Positions 62,151 to 64,000 of a stretch of DNA of 64,000 nt are shown here, piece by piece. The notes under the pieces were generated by a model. That model saw nothing but the letters and a program-made list of their open reading frames with translations, searched no databases and was not told where the DNA came from. The number at the start of each line of letters is the position of its first letter. Positions within the stretch are counted from its first letter, which is position 1. The translations under genes and the position numbers were made by a program. The DNA is from Anthoceros angustus (taxonomy: Eukaryota; Plantae; Anthocerotophyta), in the NCBI GenBank assembly GCA_010909165.1, contig MU008176.1, positions 1 to 64,000 of the forward strand, written 5' to 3'.

Positions 62151-62404
62151 GTAAAAAGAGAATCTGCCATTAAATTTGAGTCAGTCGAGAGACGGACATG
62201 GGCACCAAATGGCTCCGGACGTCGCTGCCTCTCTCAGTTCCAGTGGAACTGGCAAGGACCACAAGGAAGCTGCAGGTCCGCTGACCCCACGATTTTTTCA
62301 CAACCAAGCTGGAGAAGACCAACAAGACGAAAGAATTTACCGTTACTGTACGTCGGATCAAAGGATAACACATGGCGATATATGCGCTTGCAGTACTGAA
62401 TGCT

Positions 62405-62451
62405 GATAAGAGTGGGCGCCCATCTCATCAACTGCAGATTGAGCAGCCAAT
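62405..62451 (+). promoter_or_regulatory. I-box (GATAAG) and CCAAT upstream of Lhcb copy 3
   Basis: GATAAG at 62405-62410 and CCAAT at 62447-62451, about 165-210 bp upstream of the ATG. Such boxes are typical of light-regulated Lhcb promoters, but short motifs can occur by chance. Confidence 0.4.
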
Positions 62452-62614
62452 GAGGTGGTGGAGAGAGGAGCAAGCCCGGTTCCCTGCCGCGTGGCTCACT
62501 TTGGCGAGCCAGCCTACAAAGCATCCAGGACCAGCCCATTTACTCAACGCTTGCGTCCTCCGCTCTTCATCTCTCCTCTATCTGTTGCTTCTTGCACTGT
62601 TAAGCTCCAGAGCC

Positions 62615-63418
62615 ATGGCTGCGACAGCCACAGCATGCGCCTCCAGTTCTGCCCTCGCAGGGCAGACTGTCTTCAAGCAGCGCAGCGAGATCTTGAATGC
62701 CGCAGGCAGCGCTGAGTCCAGGCTGCAGATGAGGAAGTCGGCTGCCAGCTCCAGCTCCAGCATCTGGTACGGTGCCGACCGGCCTCTGTGGCTGGGACCC
62801 TTTTCTGGCGAGACTCCATCTTACCTGAAGGGAGAGTTCCCGGGCGACTACGGCTGGGACACTGCAGGATTGTCCGCCGATCCCGAGACATTCGCCAGGA
62901 ACCGTGAGCTGGAGGTGATTCATGCTCGGTGGGCGATGCTGGGAACACTGGGTTGCGTCACCCCCGAGCTTCTGGCCAGGAACGGGGTCTCCTTCGGCGA
63001 GTCCGTGTGGTTCAAGGCTGGGTCTCAGATCTTCGCTGAGGGCGGGCTGGATTATCTGGGGAACCCGAGCCTGGTTCACGCTCAGAGCATTCTGGCAATC
63101 TGGGCTACCCAAGTGATCCTCATGGGAGCTGTGGAGGCTTACCGTGTGGCTGGAGGACCGTTGGGTGAGGTGAGCGATCCCCTGTACCCCGGAGGCTCGT
63201 TCGACCCCTTGGGTCTGGCTGACGATCCCGACACCTTCGCTGAGCTCAAGGTGAAGGAGCTGAAGAATGGGCGGCTGGCTATGTTCTCCATGTTCGGCTT
63301 CTACGTCCAGGCCATCGTCACTGGAAAGGGCCCCATCGAGAACCTTTCTGACCACTTGGCTGATCCGACTGTCAACAATGCTTGGGCTTATGCCACCAAC
63401 TTCACCCCCGGCGCTTAA
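62615..63418 (+). CDS. Lhcb: major LHCII chlorophyll a/b-binding protein, copy 3, intronless, 267 aa
   Basis: ATG at 62615 ([17 protein letters not shown]) aligns with the starts of the other two copies. Intact to TAA 63418. Confidence 0.98.
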   Translation: MAATATACASSSALAGQTVFKQRSEILNAAGSAESRLQMRKSAASSSSSIWYGADRPLWLGPFSGETPSYLKGEFPGDYGWDTAGLSADPETFARNRELEVIHARWAMLGTLGCVTPELLARNGVSFGESVWFKAGSQIFAEGGLDYLGNPSLVHAQSILAIWATQVILMGAVEAYRVAGGPLGEVSDPLYPGGSFDPLGLADDPDTFAELKVKELKNGRLAMFSMFGFYVQAIVTGKGPIENLSDHLADPTVNNAWAYATNFTPGA

Positions 63419-64000
63419 GTGTAGGGCTCTTTTGTTCTCCGGATCATCTCGTTCTCTTGGCAGTTACCACCATGATCATGAGCTGCCAATTGTACACTAC
63501 GTACTCACTGAAAGGAAACTTGCCGGATTGTGTTCTGTGTATGTTCTTTGAAGGACCCTTTGTGCAGCAAACGAGAAGAACAGCATGTAACTTGCTAGAA
63601 CCTACAAGGCTTTTACTTCCATGTAAGCTACCGGTCCTGTTGTCAGTTGTAAGCAGAGATGTGAGGCTTACAAAGGAAAAGCGAGCTCCATGGAATGTTC
63701 CTGAACCACCTTCTTATGTTGCTGAAAATTGCGTGCTGGCTACCGGTCGTTGAGGCTTGTTGAATGGCATGATCGTTCACATACGTTGCTCCGAATCCAA
63801 TGTCATAAAGTCTTCTGTGGCAGCACATTTTGGAAACCTCTTGCGCTTCCCTTCTCCACAGGTTGTCAACATGTGGAAGGGACAGATGAATTCTGTAACC
63901 ACGGGCAATCTTTCTCGAACAACTCCTTGACCCCTTCTTGATCGAAGGCCCTGTTACATACATACAGCTTGAAGTGTGCACCACAAGTTGTCTTCGGGGC

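Noticed and set aside
62372-62614. 81-aa N-terminal extension of Lhcb copy 3 in the ORF track
   Set aside because: The ATG at 62615 matches the other copies. The extension covers promoter and 5' UTR sequence containing the I-box and CCAAT.
47876-63355. Long antisense ORFs over the Lhcb genes (47876-48619 +, 60328-61470 -, 62600-63355 -)
   Set aside because: They are shadow frames of GC3-rich Lhcb codons, repeated identically in each paralog, with no independent motifs.

Overview
Eukaryotic nuclear DNA from an early-diverging land plant. The Lhcb sequences are bryophyte-type and the genes are compact and GC-rich with ~80-100 nt introns; a hornwort-like host is my inference, not established. 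A tight three-gene island at 4.0-11.7 kb holds MED18 (+), NRDE2 (-) and gamma-tocopherol methyltransferase VTE4 (+). From 12 to 47 kb is a nest of decayed or error-laden TEs: several Ty1/copia elements (one nearly complete with both LTRs), a Ty3/gypsy gag-PR-RT, four homologs of an unnamed retroelement-associated ORF, and a CRE-clade non-LTR fragment. Three LHCII (Lhcb) paralogs lie at 47.8 kb (-), 60.5 kb (+, one intron) and 62.6 kb (+). The most striking region is 50-59 kb, between the divergent Lhcb copies, where two different methyltransferase-carrying mobile elements abut. The first is a Ty3/gypsy whose pol carries a C5-cytosine DNA methyltransferase domain between protease and RT. The second is a spliced DNA-transposon transposase joined to the C-terminal half of a beta-class N4C/N6A DNA methyltransferase. 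Both are pseudogenised here, mostly by stops consistent with C>T transitions. Some TE frameshifts and a 750 bp near-pure-GC tract may be methylation-induced long-read miscalls. All assignments come from manual motif reading; no searches were run.
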